From the NCBI GenBank assembly GCA_035453125.1, contig DAOTCN010000001.1:233634-297633 (forward strand): DNA of 64,000 nt. The letters are read 5' to 3'. How positions within the stretch are numbered: position 1 is the stretch's first letter; the number at the start of each line of letters is the position of its first letter. The translations under genes were made by a program, and so were the position numbers. Below are positions 34,599 to 44,580 of this stretch, piece after piece. This stretch comes from Minisyncoccota bacterium (GTDB lineage Archaea > Nanobdellota > Nanobdellia > Pacearchaeales > GW2011-AR1). Under the pieces are notes generated by a model. That model was not told the DNA's origin and did not search any database. It worked only from the letters and a program-made list of their open reading frames with translations.

Positions 34599-37184
34599 TT
34601 AATTTTCTCTTCCTTCAATTGCTTTGATATGAAGTTCGTGCATTCTCTGTAAGAATGCTTGCTTATCTTCAATTTTTATCAAGTCTGTGTGGCCCTGCAA
34701 AATCAAATTTAATGCAAATGGTGATGGCAATGGTGTTGGCTTGATCTTTATTTTGACTTCTCCTGATTTTATTAATTTAAGCACTTTCTTTGTACTTTCA
34801 ATATCCATCAAATCTTCTAGAACTTCTCTTCTTGCTTCTTTTAATATTGGAAAATTTTTTGATATCTTTCTTACTGCAGAAATTAAAAAATGACTTTTTA
34901 ATTGTTGACGACCTACGCTTCTATTATCTCCTTTATAATTTCTTAGAATCATAAGTGAACGAGTAGCACAATGTCTGAATCTTCTTGTTAATATATCTGT
35001 TTTTTCTATTGCTTCAACAAGAGCTTCATTTATATTCTCCGGGGTCAAGTATTCAATAGCTTTTTCTAATTGTAAATTTTCTCCTGCAAAGTAAAATCCG
35101 TTATCATTTATTCCTATCTCAATATCTCTTCCGCCTATACTTCCCATTAACAGACCAAGCGCTCTTGAAAGAGCATCATTTACTCTTCTTCCATACATAC
35201 TATGAACAAGCAGATAATTTTTCTCACCCTTATATTTTTCTACTAAAATTAATTTTGAATTTGGAATTTCTGAAAATTCAAATTGTTCTTTAAAATAATT
35301 ATATATTAAATTTGAAACAATTTCATCAACATATAAATATTCTTGAATTAATTTCTTTATCTCATTTTCACTTTTTTTCTTCGAAAAATGTTCATTCATT
35401 AAATGTCTAAACCTATTTATCTCATTTGCTGAATCAAAACTTAATGGAAGCATTTCGGAAAACCATGAAGGAATTGTTGGATTTCTATTTATAGCAGGTT
35501 TTACATAAATATTCATTCCTCTTGAATATAAATACATATATTTGTTTCCACCTAAAACAAAAACATCTCCTTTTTTCATTCTCTCCATAAAATTTTCATC
35601 AATGACTCCTATTTTTTCTCCTGAGGGGGATAATTTTACATTTATAAATGACTCATCTGGAATTGTTCCGATATTTGTTAAGTAAATTACTCTTGCCATT
35701 TTACCCCTTTTTCCAATTTGTTTTGTTTCTTGGTCATACCAAATTTTTCCATATACATGACTTTTTTCAAGTGCATATTCTCCTGCAAGATAACTGATTA
35801 TATCATAGTAATCATTTTTTGATAGTTCATGGTAGCAATAGCTTTTTCTAATTATTGAAAATAATTCTTCAACATCCCAATTTTGATAAATTGCCATCCC
35901 AAATATTTGTTGTGCAAGAACATCTAAACAATTTTTTGGAAATACAACTTTATCAATTTTTTTCTCAATCATTTCTTTTTGTATTACTGAACATTCAATT
36001 AAATCATCTCTATCCATTACAACAAAGTTTCCTCTTGCAACTTCATTTAATTTGTGCCCTGCTCTTCCAATTCTTTGAAGCGCACGAGAACTAGCTTTTG
36101 GTGAGCCTAACATTAAAACTAAATCAATATAACCAATATCAATTCCTAGTTCTAAGCTTGTTGAACAGACAACAACTTTTAATTCACCTTTCCTTAGCCT
36201 CTCTTCTATATTAAAACGATGTAACTTGCTAAGTGAAGAATGATGTGCTGCAATATTCTCATCGTATTCTGTTGGAAATCTTTCTTTTAGTTTATTTACA
36301 ACTCTTTCTGTTCCAGCTCTTGTATTTGTAAATATTAATGTTGTTTTATACTCTTTGATTAGACGGTGTAATAAACTGTATGTATCTTCAAGAATATTTT
36401 TTTCGTTAATTAAATTTTTTGCAGGACTTAAAACTTTTATTTGGAGTTCCTTTTGCATTGGAACTTTTGCAATGTAAACTTCTCTGTCATTATCAATTCC
36501 AACTAAAAATTTTGCAACCTCTTCTGCTGGTTCCATTGTTGCACTTAAACCAATCTTAACTGGCCAAACTAAGCTAATACTGTTTAATCTTTCTAAACTT
36601 AAGCTTAAATATGTACCTCTTTTATTGTCCATTGCATGAATTTCATCTATTATACAAAATTCAACAAGTTTCATATAATCTACTACTTTTTTTGATGTAA
36701 GGATTATTGCCAGAGATTCAGGTGTTGTTACTAGTATATGCGGTGCTTTCTTTGCCATCTTTGCCCTTTCACTGTCTGTTGTATCTCCTGTTCTCAAACC
36801 AACTCTTATCTCTTGTAATTTAATATTTTTTGAATCTGCAAGTTTATTTATCTCTTCTAACGGTTCTATAAGATTTTTATAAATATCATTACTAAGTGCT
36901 TTTAATGGAGAAATATAAACTGCATATGTTCTATTTCCTAATTCATTTCTTTCAGCAATTGTTACCAGATAATTGATTATTGAAAGAAAAGCAGTTAATG
37001 TTTTTGTTCCTCCTGTTGGTGCTGAAATTAAGATATTTTTTCTTTCCCAGATTGCTGGTACACCATATCTTTGAGGAAGTGAAAAATCATTAAATTTTGT
37101 GAAAAACCACTCTCTAACTAATGGATGTAAGACTAATTCTATATCTTTCTTTTCTCGTATTAAAGCTTCCACTATATTAGTCAT
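34599..37184 (-). CDS. lhr: Lhr-type DEAD/DEAH-box (superfamily 2) helicase
   Basis: 861 aa. APTGGTKT, IIDEIHAM, SAT, helicase C motifs QRIGRAGH. Lhr-core-like C-terminal extension. Confidence 0.9.
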   Translation of the reverse strand: MTNIVEALIREKKDIELVLHPLVREWFFTKFNDFSLPQRYGVPAIWERKNILISAPTGGTKTLTAFLSIINYLVTIAERNELGNRTYAVYISPLKALSNDIYKNLIEPLEEINKLADSKNIKLQEIRVGLRTGDTTDSERAKMAKKAPHILVTTPESLAIILTSKKVVDYMKLVEFCIIDEIHAMDNKRGTYLSLSLERLNSISLVWPVKIGLSATMEPAEEVAKFLVGIDNDREVYIAKVPMQKELQIKVLSPAKNLINEKNILEDTYSLLHRLIKEYKTTLIFTNTRAGTERVVNKLKERFPTEYDENIAAHHSSLSKLHRFNIEERLRKGELKVVVCSTSLELGIDIGYIDLVLMLGSPKASSRALQRIGRAGHKLNEVARGNFVVMDRDDLIECSVIQKEMIEKKIDKVVFPKNCLDVLAQQIFGMAIYQNWDVEELFSIIRKSYCYHELSKNDYYDIISYLAGEYALEKSHVYGKIWYDQETKQIGKRGKMARVIYLTNIGTIPDESFINVKLSPSGEKIGVIDENFMERMKKGDVFVLGGNKYMYLYSRGMNIYVKPAINRNPTIPSWFSEMLPLSFDSANEINRFRHLMNEHFSKKKSENEIKKLIQEYLYVDEIVSNLIYNYFKEQFEFSEIPNSKLILVEKYKGEKNYLLVHSMYGRRVNDALSRALGLLMGSIGGRDIEIGINDNGFYFAGENLQLEKAIEYLTPENINEALVEAIEKTDILTRRFRHCATRSLMILRNYKGDNRSVGRQQLKSHFLISAVRKISKNFPILKEARREVLEDLMDIESTKKVLKLIKSGEVKIKIKPTPLPSPFALNLILQGHTDLIKIEDKQAFLQRMHELHIKAIEGREN

Positions 37185-37251
37185 TTTAAGAATAAGTTAT
37201 TTAATCAGATAATTATAAATGCTCTCTTTTTAAAACTTATGATTACTTGTG

Positions 37252-37725
37252 TTACAAGAATAAATTCTTTTCCACAATCAATTGCATATGTTCTATGTAA
37301 TTATTCCAACCATTAACCGGTAATGGAAGTAAATCATCAGGATAAGTTTTATTTTCTAAACCAATATAACAAAGCTGTTCACCTTTTTTTTCATTTACAA
37401 TAACATTTTTTGTAGGACCAACCCATAATGTCTTATTATCTTCTACCAAAGGTAATGCATAATTTGATTTAATAAAATCTACAATAGAAATATGATAGTC
37501 TAAAAGTTCAATTAAATTATCCCTTTTTTCTCTCTTTTGAGCAGGACTTTCTTCTTGAAAACTTCCGGAATAAAACTCTGACATTGCTTTTGCAAGTAAT
37601 GTTGAATGTCTTATTTGAGCATTATAACTGTCTAAAGCTACACCAAAAGGTTTTAGCTCAGTACTTATTTTATTATCTGAAGTTGAAACATTCACACTTT
37701 TATTTGATTTTCTTATTAATATCAT
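37252..37725 (-). CDS. hypothetical protein
   Basis: 157-aa ORF upstream of lhr. No motif recognised. Confidence 0.4.
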   Translation of the reverse strand: MILIRKSNKSVNVSTSDNKISTELKPFGVALDSYNAQIRHSTLLAKAMSEFYSGSFQEESPAQKREKRDNLIELLDYHISIVDFIKSNYALPLVEDNKTLWVGPTKNVIVNEKKGEQLCYIGLENKTYPDDLLPLPVNGWNNYIEHMQLIVEKNLFL

Positions 37726-37886
37726 TTTTATTTAAACTAATTTTTTAAGAAAAGGTTAGTTTATAAATCTTTCGTTTTTAGTAATTGATTAGTAGTAACA
37801 ATTTATTCAATAAATGACCTTTAATGATTAAATCTATGTTTGTCTCAATGATAAAGTTAAAAATTAATAAATAAATTTAAAACTAA

Positions 37887-38195
37887 TTATTCTAATTCTC
37901 TAATCTGATTTTTAATAATATCTTCTTGATCTTTAGAAATATAATTATTGTCTTTTTCGGTTATCTCCTCTTCTTGTTTTTTAATCTTTTGTTCTTTTTC
38001 TTTTGAATTTGATGAATTTAATTCTTCTAGTAACTTTTTCTTTTTTTCAAGGGTTTCTTTTGAAATAACAAGCTTTTGCTCAATAAATGAATTACCTTTG
38101 AACATGTTTGCTAAATCATACTCAGTATTCTTAATTTTTGACTTTAGTTCTTCTATTTCTTCTATTAGCTTTTCTTTTTCTGATTTTTCGGTCAT
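37887..38195 (-). CDS. hypothetical coiled-coil protein
   Basis: 102 aa, K/E-rich heptads. Preferred over the antisense S/F-rich ORF 37948-38220. Confidence 0.4.
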   Translation of the reverse strand: MTEKSEKEKLIEEIEELKSKIKNTEYDLANMFKGNSFIEQKLVISKETLEKKKKLLEELNSSNSKEKEQKIKKQEEEITEKDNNYISKDQEDIIKNQIRELE

Positions 38196-38312
38196 TTTTT
38201 TTATTTTTTTAAATACATAGTTTAATTAAATTTTGTTAAAAAACGGTAATTTTTAGAGACCTTGAAGGTATATATACTTTTAGTTTTGTATAAAATCCTT
38301 TCAATAATAAAC

Positions 38313-38320
38313 TTTAAATA
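38313..38320 (+). promoter_or_regulatory. TATA box (TTTAAATA) of the receptor gene
   Basis: Ends 23 nt before the ATG at 38343. Confidence 0.55.
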
Positions 38321-38342
38321 GGATTTTGTATACAATAATAAC

Positions 38343-40625
38343 ATGGTAAAAAAGGGAGGAAAATTTTATTTTGTAATAGTTTTGATTTTTTCAATAATTA
38401 CTCTTATTTTTCCGTTTGTTTCAGCAGATATCTTTCTTGCAAAATCTCCTGAATCAACTTATAATCTAGGTGATGTAATGAGTGTAGTACTTGGTTCAGA
38501 TGGAAGTGAAGGTTGGGCAAGTGTTGATCTTGCTTGTAGTAATGAATCAAAAATGATATATTTTAGATATCTAACAGATGAACAAGCTATTGAAATTCTT
38601 ACTCCTTTTAATAAAGAATTTTTAAGAAGTATGCTAGGGGATTGTATTTTAAAACTTAGTTTTAATGGTAAACAAAAAGATAGTCTCCCATTTTTTATAT
38701 CAGATGTATTAGATGTTTCAGTTTATACTGAAATAACAGAATTTAATCCGGGTGAAACTGTTGTTTTTAGTGGAAGTGTAACAAAACCTAATGGAAAAAT
38801 AGTAAACTCTGCAACTGTTGATTTAAAGTTTACAAGTATAAATCTTGGAACAATTGTTGAAGTAAACGAAGGCTCTTTTTCTGGCAGTTTTGTGTTGCCT
38901 GAAAATTTAAAATCTGGAAGTTATGAATTTAGTGTATTCGCTTCTGAAAAAGATTCTTTGGGAGATGTAACAAATTATGGAGAATCTAAAAATAGTATAA
39001 CAATTAAACAAATGCCAACAATCTTGAACATTTCAAGTTCAGAAAAAGCAATTCCTGGAAATAACTTTGATTTTAGTTCATTATTATATGATCAAATTGG
39101 AGAGATTATTAATTCAAAAGTTGTTGATTATACTATAACTGACATTAATGATACTATTATTTTAAGTAGATTGTCCAATGTTGGGGATAATGGAGTATTA
39201 AGCTTACCAAAAAATGCTCCCTTTGGAGCTTGGAAAATAATTGCTGAATCTGAAGGAATTAATAATGAAAAAATATTTTATGTTGAAAAAAATATGGAAG
39301 CAACTTTTGAATTAATTGATGGAACTCTTAAAATAACTAATGTAGGTAACATACCTTATACTAGAAAAATTGAAATGAATATTGGCAATGAAACAAACGT
39401 TACTTATGTTAATTTAAGCTTAGGAAAATCAGTAGAGTTTAAACTTTCAGCTCCTAGTGGTGTTTATGACATTGGTGTAAATGATGGTACTAAAAGTGAA
39501 AATTGGTCTGGTGTTTCATTAACAGGCAATGCAATTTCATTTGGAACATCGAAAAAAGGTGCAATTGGTTTTTTTAATAGAAGTGCTTTTGTTTGGGGAT
39601 TTTTAATTACTTTATTACTATTATTTGCAATTGTTCTTGGAACAAAAAAGTATATGAATAAAAACTATTATTTTAATTCAAAAGATAAAAACTCAAATAT
39701 TTCTAAAAAACAGGTAATGCCAATTATAAGTACTCCTAGCGTTTCTAAAAATGGAGGAATTGTTAAAATCACTTCTGAGAATGATAGAAAACCTGGAATT
39801 GAAATTGATAATGGTTTCTTAACTTATTCTCCAACAATTGATGGAGTAAGACAGGTAGCAGCAATAATTGCTATTAAAATAAAGAACTATTCTGAAATAA
39901 AACAAAACCCTGGAATGACTGAAGAATATTTAAAAAAATTGTCTGAAAGCATTATAAATAATAAAGGTAAGGTTTACAAGGTAAATGATTCTATAATTGG
40001 AGTATTCACTTCTAGTTATACTAAAAGTTCTGATAATGAAATGATTGCAATAAAAACTGCAAAAAGAATTAGTGAAATACTTAAAGATTATAATTCCAAA
40101 TTTAGTCAAAAGATTATTTTTGGTATTGGACTAAATACTGGTGAAGTAATTATAAAACCAGATAATGGAAAATTATTATTTAATGGAATTGGAAATGTTC
40201 TAACAAATGCAAAAAGAGTTGCAGAATTATCTGATAATGAACTTTTGCTTAGTGAAGACTTTCAGAGAAAGGTTTCTTCGAGAGTTAGAACAACACTAAA
40301 TGAAGTTGGAAGTGGAATAATAAAAACTTACAAATTAAATGAAATAATTAGTAGAAATGAGAATAGTCAATTTATTGAATCATTCTTAAAAAGAAATCAA
40401 GAATATAATTCTTTAAGAGCTTATAGAAGTGAAAGACCAAATACAATAAGAACACCATCCCCAATTACTCCTGTAGCTGACAAACCATTTAAAACAACAA
40501 TTTCTCCTCAAAGTTATCCAAATGAAAGAAGTATTGTAACAAAAGAGGATTTTCAAAAAGGACATGCAGGTTATAGTTCAAAGACCGAAAATAATCCTGC
40601 TAAAAAAAGTGCGATTGACTGGTAA
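38343..40625 (+). CDS. single-pass surface receptor with cytoplasmic divergent class III cyclase-homology domain
   Basis: 760 aa. Signal peptide, ~385-aa beta-rich ectodomain, TM at aa ~414-433. Aa ~503-650 align by eye to the class III cyclase pattern (IFGIGLNTGEVII, GIGNVLTNAKRVAELS..ELLLSEDF). Confidence 0.55.
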   Translation: MVKKGGKFYFVIVLIFSIITLIFPFVSADIFLAKSPESTYNLGDVMSVVLGSDGSEGWASVDLACSNESKMIYFRYLTDEQAIEILTPFNKEFLRSMLGDCILKLSFNGKQKDSLPFFISDVLDVSVYTEITEFNPGETVVFSGSVTKPNGKIVNSATVDLKFTSINLGTIVEVNEGSFSGSFVLPENLKSGSYEFSVFASEKDSLGDVTNYGESKNSITIKQMPTILNISSSEKAIPGNNFDFSSLLYDQIGEIINSKVVDYTITDINDTIILSRLSNVGDNGVLSLPKNAPFGAWKIIAESEGINNEKIFYVEKNMEATFELIDGTLKITNVGNIPYTRKIEMNIGNETNVTYVNLSLGKSVEFKLSAPSGVYDIGVNDGTKSENWSGVSLTGNAISFGTSKKGAIGFFNRSAFVWGFLITLLLLFAIVLGTKKYMNKNYYFNSKDKNSNISKKQVMPIISTPSVSKNGGIVKITSENDRKPGIEIDNGFLTYSPTIDGVRQVAAIIAIKIKNYSEIKQNPGMTEEYLKKLSESIINNKGKVYKVNDSIIGVFTSSYTKSSDNEMIAIKTAKRISEILKDYNSKFSQKIIFGIGLNTGEVIIKPDNGKLLFNGIGNVLTNAKRVAELSDNELLLSEDFQRKVSSRVRTTLNEVGSGIIKTYKLNEIISRNENSQFIESFLKRNQEYNSLRAYRSERPNTIRTPSPITPVADKPFKTTISPQSYPNERSIVTKEDFQKGHAGYSSKTENNPAKKSAIDW

Positions 40626-40695
40626 AAATTATATAAGAATATTAAAACTTAATAATTTTAAACATGTTTATAAATAAAGGGTTGTTTATATCTTA

Positions 40696-41142
40696 ATGAA
40701 AAAGAGAGTATTTATCTTCTTAGAATTTTTAATTTGGGGGGTTTTATTTGGTATTTTTGAAGATTTTATCTTGATTAAATTAGCATCTAATGAATATTTT
40801 ACTTTTAATGTTTTATGGATTGTTCTGTTAGTTACAATACCTTTTGCTTTTGTTGGAGAGTATGTAGTTGATAAAATTAATTTTTTAAAGTTATTCAATC
40901 TAGGAAAAAAATATACTTCTGCAGAAGTTTTTTTTGAATTCTTAATTTTTGGTGTTCTTCTTGGAATTATTGAAGATTTAACTGCATTTTATTTTGCGAT
41001 TGGCAATCAAATAACGTTTAATGTTGTTTTAATTGCAACAATTGTATCAATACCTTTTGCTTTTGTTGGAGAATTTTTGATTGACGGGATAAACTTTTCA
41101 AAATCATTTGAAATAAAAAGAATTGTTATGAAGAGAAAATGA
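40696..41142 (+). CDS. membrane protein made of two tandem ~70-aa repeats
   Basis: FLEFLIWGVLFGIFEDF...TIPFAFVGEYVVDKINF is repeated as FFEFLIFGVLLGIIEDL...SIPFAFVGEFLIDGINF. Confidence 0.55.
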   Translation: MKKRVFIFLEFLIWGVLFGIFEDFILIKLASNEYFTFNVLWIVLLVTIPFAFVGEYVVDKINFLKLFNLGKKYTSAEVFFEFLIFGVLLGIIEDLTAFYFAIGNQITFNVVLIATIVSIPFAFVGEFLIDGINFSKSFEIKRIVMKRK

Positions 41143-41507
41143 AGAGAAAATTAACCTTCTTGATACCAAGAATATTAATTATATTATTTGCAGTATTTTT
41201 AGCTTTGTTTTCGCTTGATGTTTTTGATTCTTGTTCAGGATTTAATTGTGTTTTAGGACTGTTTATACACAATATTCCTTCAATATTCTTGATAGTTCTT
41301 TTGATAATCTCTTGGAAACATGATTTAGCTGGAGCAATAATATTTGGGTGTCTTGGAATTCTTGGATTTATTGGTCTTTTGTTTGTTGGATTAATATATA
41401 ATGAAAACAGATCTAACTTCATGTTAGCTATAATTGGAGTTGTATTCCTTTTAGCCGGGATATTGTTTTTTATTAGATGGAAAAGAGATAATAGAAAAAA
41501 GAAATAG
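41139..41507 (+). CDS. hypothetical membrane protein
   Basis: 122 aa, 4 TM. ATGA overlap with the previous gene. Confidence 0.5.
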   Translation: MKRKLTFLIPRILIILFAVFLALFSLDVFDSCSGFNCVLGLFIHNIPSIFLIVLLIISWKHDLAGAIIFGCLGILGFIGLLFVGLIYNENRSNFMLAIIGVVFLLAGILFFIRWKRDNRKKK

Positions 41508-41535
41508 TTATAAAGCTGGGGTTTCTCTTTTAATT

Positions 41536-42015
41536 ATGGAAGAAGAATGTTGTCCGAAGTTTGATCCAAAAAAATGGGATGAAAAAACATTTCATTGGAA
41601 GGAAAAAAAGTTTATCAGAGATTCTATGACTACTTTGTTTCATATACCTCTTTCTTCAGTTTTAACTAAAAAAATAACTCGGATTTGTAGTGTTGCTGAA
41701 AAAGAAAAAAAAGTTTCAGCAAAAAAAGATGAAGTTTTATTGTTATTCCGAGATCCAAGTGCATTTAAATCAGAGATATATCTTTCTGTAATTGATGAAA
41801 TTCCTGGAGAAGAAAATGTAAAAATTTCTGGAACATTCATAGCTAAAGTTTATTCGGGACCATATAAAGCCGTTCCAAAATTTATAAAAGAATTCAATGA
41901 GTATCTTGCAAATAATGGAAAAAAAGCAAAAGACTATTACATACATTATGCTTACTGTCCAAAATGTGCAAAGAAATATGGTGATAATTATATGATAATC
42001 TTTGCAGAAATTTGA
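41536..42015 (+). CDS. hypothetical protein
   Basis: 159 aa. N-terminal CC and C-terminal CPKC. No family recognised. Confidence 0.45.
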   Translation: MEEECCPKFDPKKWDEKTFHWKEKKFIRDSMTTLFHIPLSSVLTKKITRICSVAEKEKKVSAKKDEVLLLFRDPSAFKSEIYLSVIDEIPGEENVKISGTFIAKVYSGPYKAVPKFIKEFNEYLANNGKKAKDYYIHYAYCPKCAKKYGDNYMIIFAEI

Positions 42016-43416
42016 TTATTTGATTATCTTAACATCTTGAAGTCTTTTTCTACCCATATGGCCGTGGATTGGCTTGGAGTCAATAAAATGCTTAAATTCT
42101 CTAAGGTAAAAGAACATATTTTCTTTTGGAGGTGCAACATTTTTTACTTCATGAATTTTTTTGAACATTATTAAGACAACAATTCCTCTTGCAATTCCTG
42201 AAATCAAAAAGACAAACAAGAATATGTTCATGAAATTTATTTGAGCAAACTGAGTTATTAAACCTCCAAGACTTGCTCCTAAAAATACGCCAATACCATT
42301 TAACAAACTGTAATATGCAACACATATAGCTCTTCTCTGAACTGTTACAGCATCATAAATGAAATTTGAAGCTCCAAGATTAAATGCAGCCCACCCAATA
42401 CCTGAAACAAGCTGAGGAACAACTATTAAAAATATAGGATTTGAAGAAATTAACCACCAAAATGGAAGTGTTACAATAAGAATTGAACCAATTCTCATCA
42501 TTTCTCTATTTCCATATTTTGTTGCAAATTTTCCCCACATTGGTAAAAAGATTATTGTAAATATTGAAGCTGAAATATTAACTATCATAAACCAAATAGG
42601 ATTAAACCCTAAATCTTTCCACATATAAACTGAGAAAAATGGACCTGCAATATTTACTGAAAGATGAATTAAAGCAACAAAAATTGCAAACTTCCCAAAG
42701 TTATTGAATGGTGCTTTTTTTATAAACTGCCAGAAAGAAAAATAATAGTCTTTATCAAATTTAATTTTACTTACATAATGTTTTGTAAAAAAATATGCTG
42801 AAATATATCTTCCTACAGCTGCAATTGCAAACAATACAATAAACCCATAAATAATAATTCCTTGTTCTCTAAAATAGTAAAGAAGAATTGCTCCAAATAT
42901 TGTAGCTGTAATTGAAAATGTTCCAGTTATCTTACTTCTATTTGAAAAATATTTGCTTCTCATATGTTCAGGTACAATATCTCCCATTAGTGAAAACCAT
43001 GCTGGATTTCCAAATGAACCAAAAACCGCAAATAAAACATATGAAAGAATTAAAAGAGGTATGAGATAGCTTGTTTGACCTTGTTTTAGAAAAATAAAGC
43101 CAAGAACTAACATTACGAGCCAAGTTGTTGCCTGAAGTGAAACTGCAAGGGTAATTAATTTCTTTCTGTGATATCTTTCAATTGCTTTGCTTCCAAATAA
43201 CTGTGCAATTGGACCTAGAAGACCTGCTAGACTTGTTAATAATCCTATCTCACCATTATTTGCTTTTAATTCAACTGCATAAGGGGTTACATAAGAATCT
43301 CCTGCACCAGTCATTACAGCTGCAGATGAACCTTCTACAATTGAGTATTTTCTTGTTTTTGCTTTTTGATAATCATTAAGCTTTTCTATTTTATAACTAC
43401 TATTTTTTTTAACCAT
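42016..43416 (-). CDS. MFS transporter
   Basis: 466 aa with about 12 TM segments in a 6+6 layout. Confidence 0.75.
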   Translation of the reverse strand: MVKKNSSYKIEKLNDYQKAKTRKYSIVEGSSAAVMTGAGDSYVTPYAVELKANNGEIGLLTSLAGLLGPIAQLFGSKAIERYHRKKLITLAVSLQATTWLVMLVLGFIFLKQGQTSYLIPLLILSYVLFAVFGSFGNPAWFSLMGDIVPEHMRSKYFSNRSKITGTFSITATIFGAILLYYFREQGIIIYGFIVLFAIAAVGRYISAYFFTKHYVSKIKFDKDYYFSFWQFIKKAPFNNFGKFAIFVALIHLSVNIAGPFFSVYMWKDLGFNPIWFMIVNISASIFTIIFLPMWGKFATKYGNREMMRIGSILIVTLPFWWLISSNPIFLIVVPQLVSGIGWAAFNLGASNFIYDAVTVQRRAICVAYYSLLNGIGVFLGASLGGLITQFAQINFMNIFLFVFLISGIARGIVVLIMFKKIHEVKNVAPPKENMFFYLREFKHFIDSKPIHGHMGRKRLQDVKIIK

Positions 43417-43506
43417 ATAAAATTCCTCTTTATAGTAATTAATAAGGAAAAAGTTGTTTAAAAATTTGATGATTAGCTTTTTATACTTTAATATTTGAAT
43501 AGTAAT

Positions 43507-44124
43507 ATGCCAAACATGAAATATTACAGTATATGGATAGGGATAGTAGCAATAATAGTGTATGTCTTTCAGTATTTTGTTTCAGGATTTAGTGATATTT
43601 TTCTTTTAAAACAATCTGCTATGCTTGAAATATGGAGATACATTACAGCTATTTTTTTACATGGCTCTATTCCCCATTTATTATTTAATCTATTTGCACT
43701 CTTTATGTTTGGTTTAATACTTGAGAAAAAAATTGGAAGCAATAAGTTTTTACTTATATTTTTTGTTTCAGGTGTATTCGCTAATTTAATTGCAGTTAAT
43801 TTTTACCCTGAATCATTAGGAATGTCGGGAGCTATATTTGGAATTATTGGTGTACTTGTTGTAATAAACCCTATGATGGGTGTATTTGTTTTTGGAATGG
43901 TTGTTCCAATGTTTATTGCTGCAATAATTTGGGCAGCAGTTGATATTATTGGTTTATTTATCGCTGATAACACCGGGCATATTGCTCATTTGTCTGGAAT
44001 AATAATTGGTCTTGGTTTTGGGATATTCTTACGAGTTAATCACGAAACAAGAAAGAAAAAACACACAATTGAAATTCCTGAACATATTCTTAGAAAGTGG
44101 GAAACTTTGTATATTGGTGGATAA
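43507..44124 (+). CDS. rhomboid-family intramembrane serine protease
   Basis: HGSIPHLLFNLFALFMFG, GMSGAIFG (catalytic Ser), AHLSG (catalytic His). The ATG at 43507 is preferred over the TTG at 43495. Confidence 0.85.
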   Translation: MPNMKYYSIWIGIVAIIVYVFQYFVSGFSDIFLLKQSAMLEIWRYITAIFLHGSIPHLLFNLFALFMFGLILEKKIGSNKFLLIFFVSGVFANLIAVNFYPESLGMSGAIFGIIGVLVVINPMMGVFVFGMVVPMFIAAIIWAAVDIIGLFIADNTGHIAHLSGIIIGLGFGIFLRVNHETRKKKHTIEIPEHILRKWETLYIGG

Positions 44125-44376
44125 CTAACGATCATAAATATGCTGTCTATGACCTACTTTAAGGATTTGAATCGAATCTCCTTCAATATAAAAAATTACT
44201 CTATAATCTCCAACTCTTAATCTAAAATCATTAGTTCTTTTTAATCTTTTAATATCTTTAGAAAATGGTTCAATTGATAACTCTTCTACTTTTTTGATAA
44301 TTCTTCTTGCAATAGAACTTTCAAGTTTTTCAAGATTTTGTAAAGCATGTTCTTTCCATTCTATTGAATACATCAT
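44125..44376 (-). CDS. RelE/ParE-family toxin
   Basis: 83 aa. ..KRLKRTNDFRLRVGDYRVIFYIEGDSIQILKVGHRQHIY is a classic RelE/ParE C-terminal pattern. 4-nt overlap with the upstream ORF. Confidence 0.85.
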   Translation of the reverse strand: MMYSIEWKEHALQNLEKLESSIARRIIKKVEELSIEPFSKDIKRLKRTNDFRLRVGDYRVIFYIEGDSIQILKVGHRQHIYDR

Positions 44377-44579
44377 AAGCCAAATCTTTTTTTAACTTCT
44401 GAATGAGGAATACTTTTTCCTTTTCTTGATTCTTCAATTTCAAGTTTTGTTTTTTTATTTAGTTCCATATCATCCTCTATCATTCTCTCAATAACCTCAT
44501 TATAAGTTTCTCTTTCAATCATCTTCATCCTATCTAAAATAGATTTTACACTATCAGATATTTGTATTGTAGTTGGCAT
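44373..44579 (-). CDS. putative antitoxin
   Basis: MPTTIQISDSVKSILDRMK..ETYNEVIERM is similar to the 5671-5877 product. The ATG at 44579 is preferred over the TTG at 44600. Confidence 0.55.
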   Translation of the reverse strand: MPTTIQISDSVKSILDRMKMIERETYNEVIERMIEDDMELNKKTKLEIEESRKGKSIPHSEVKKRFGL

Positions 44580-44580
44580 T

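Noticed and set aside
37948-38220. Plus-strand ORF antisense to the coiled-coil gene 37887-38195
   Set aside because: Its S/F-rich low-complexity translation mirrors a K/E-rich sense strand. The minus-strand product is the more protein-like, although that one is itself only a weak call.
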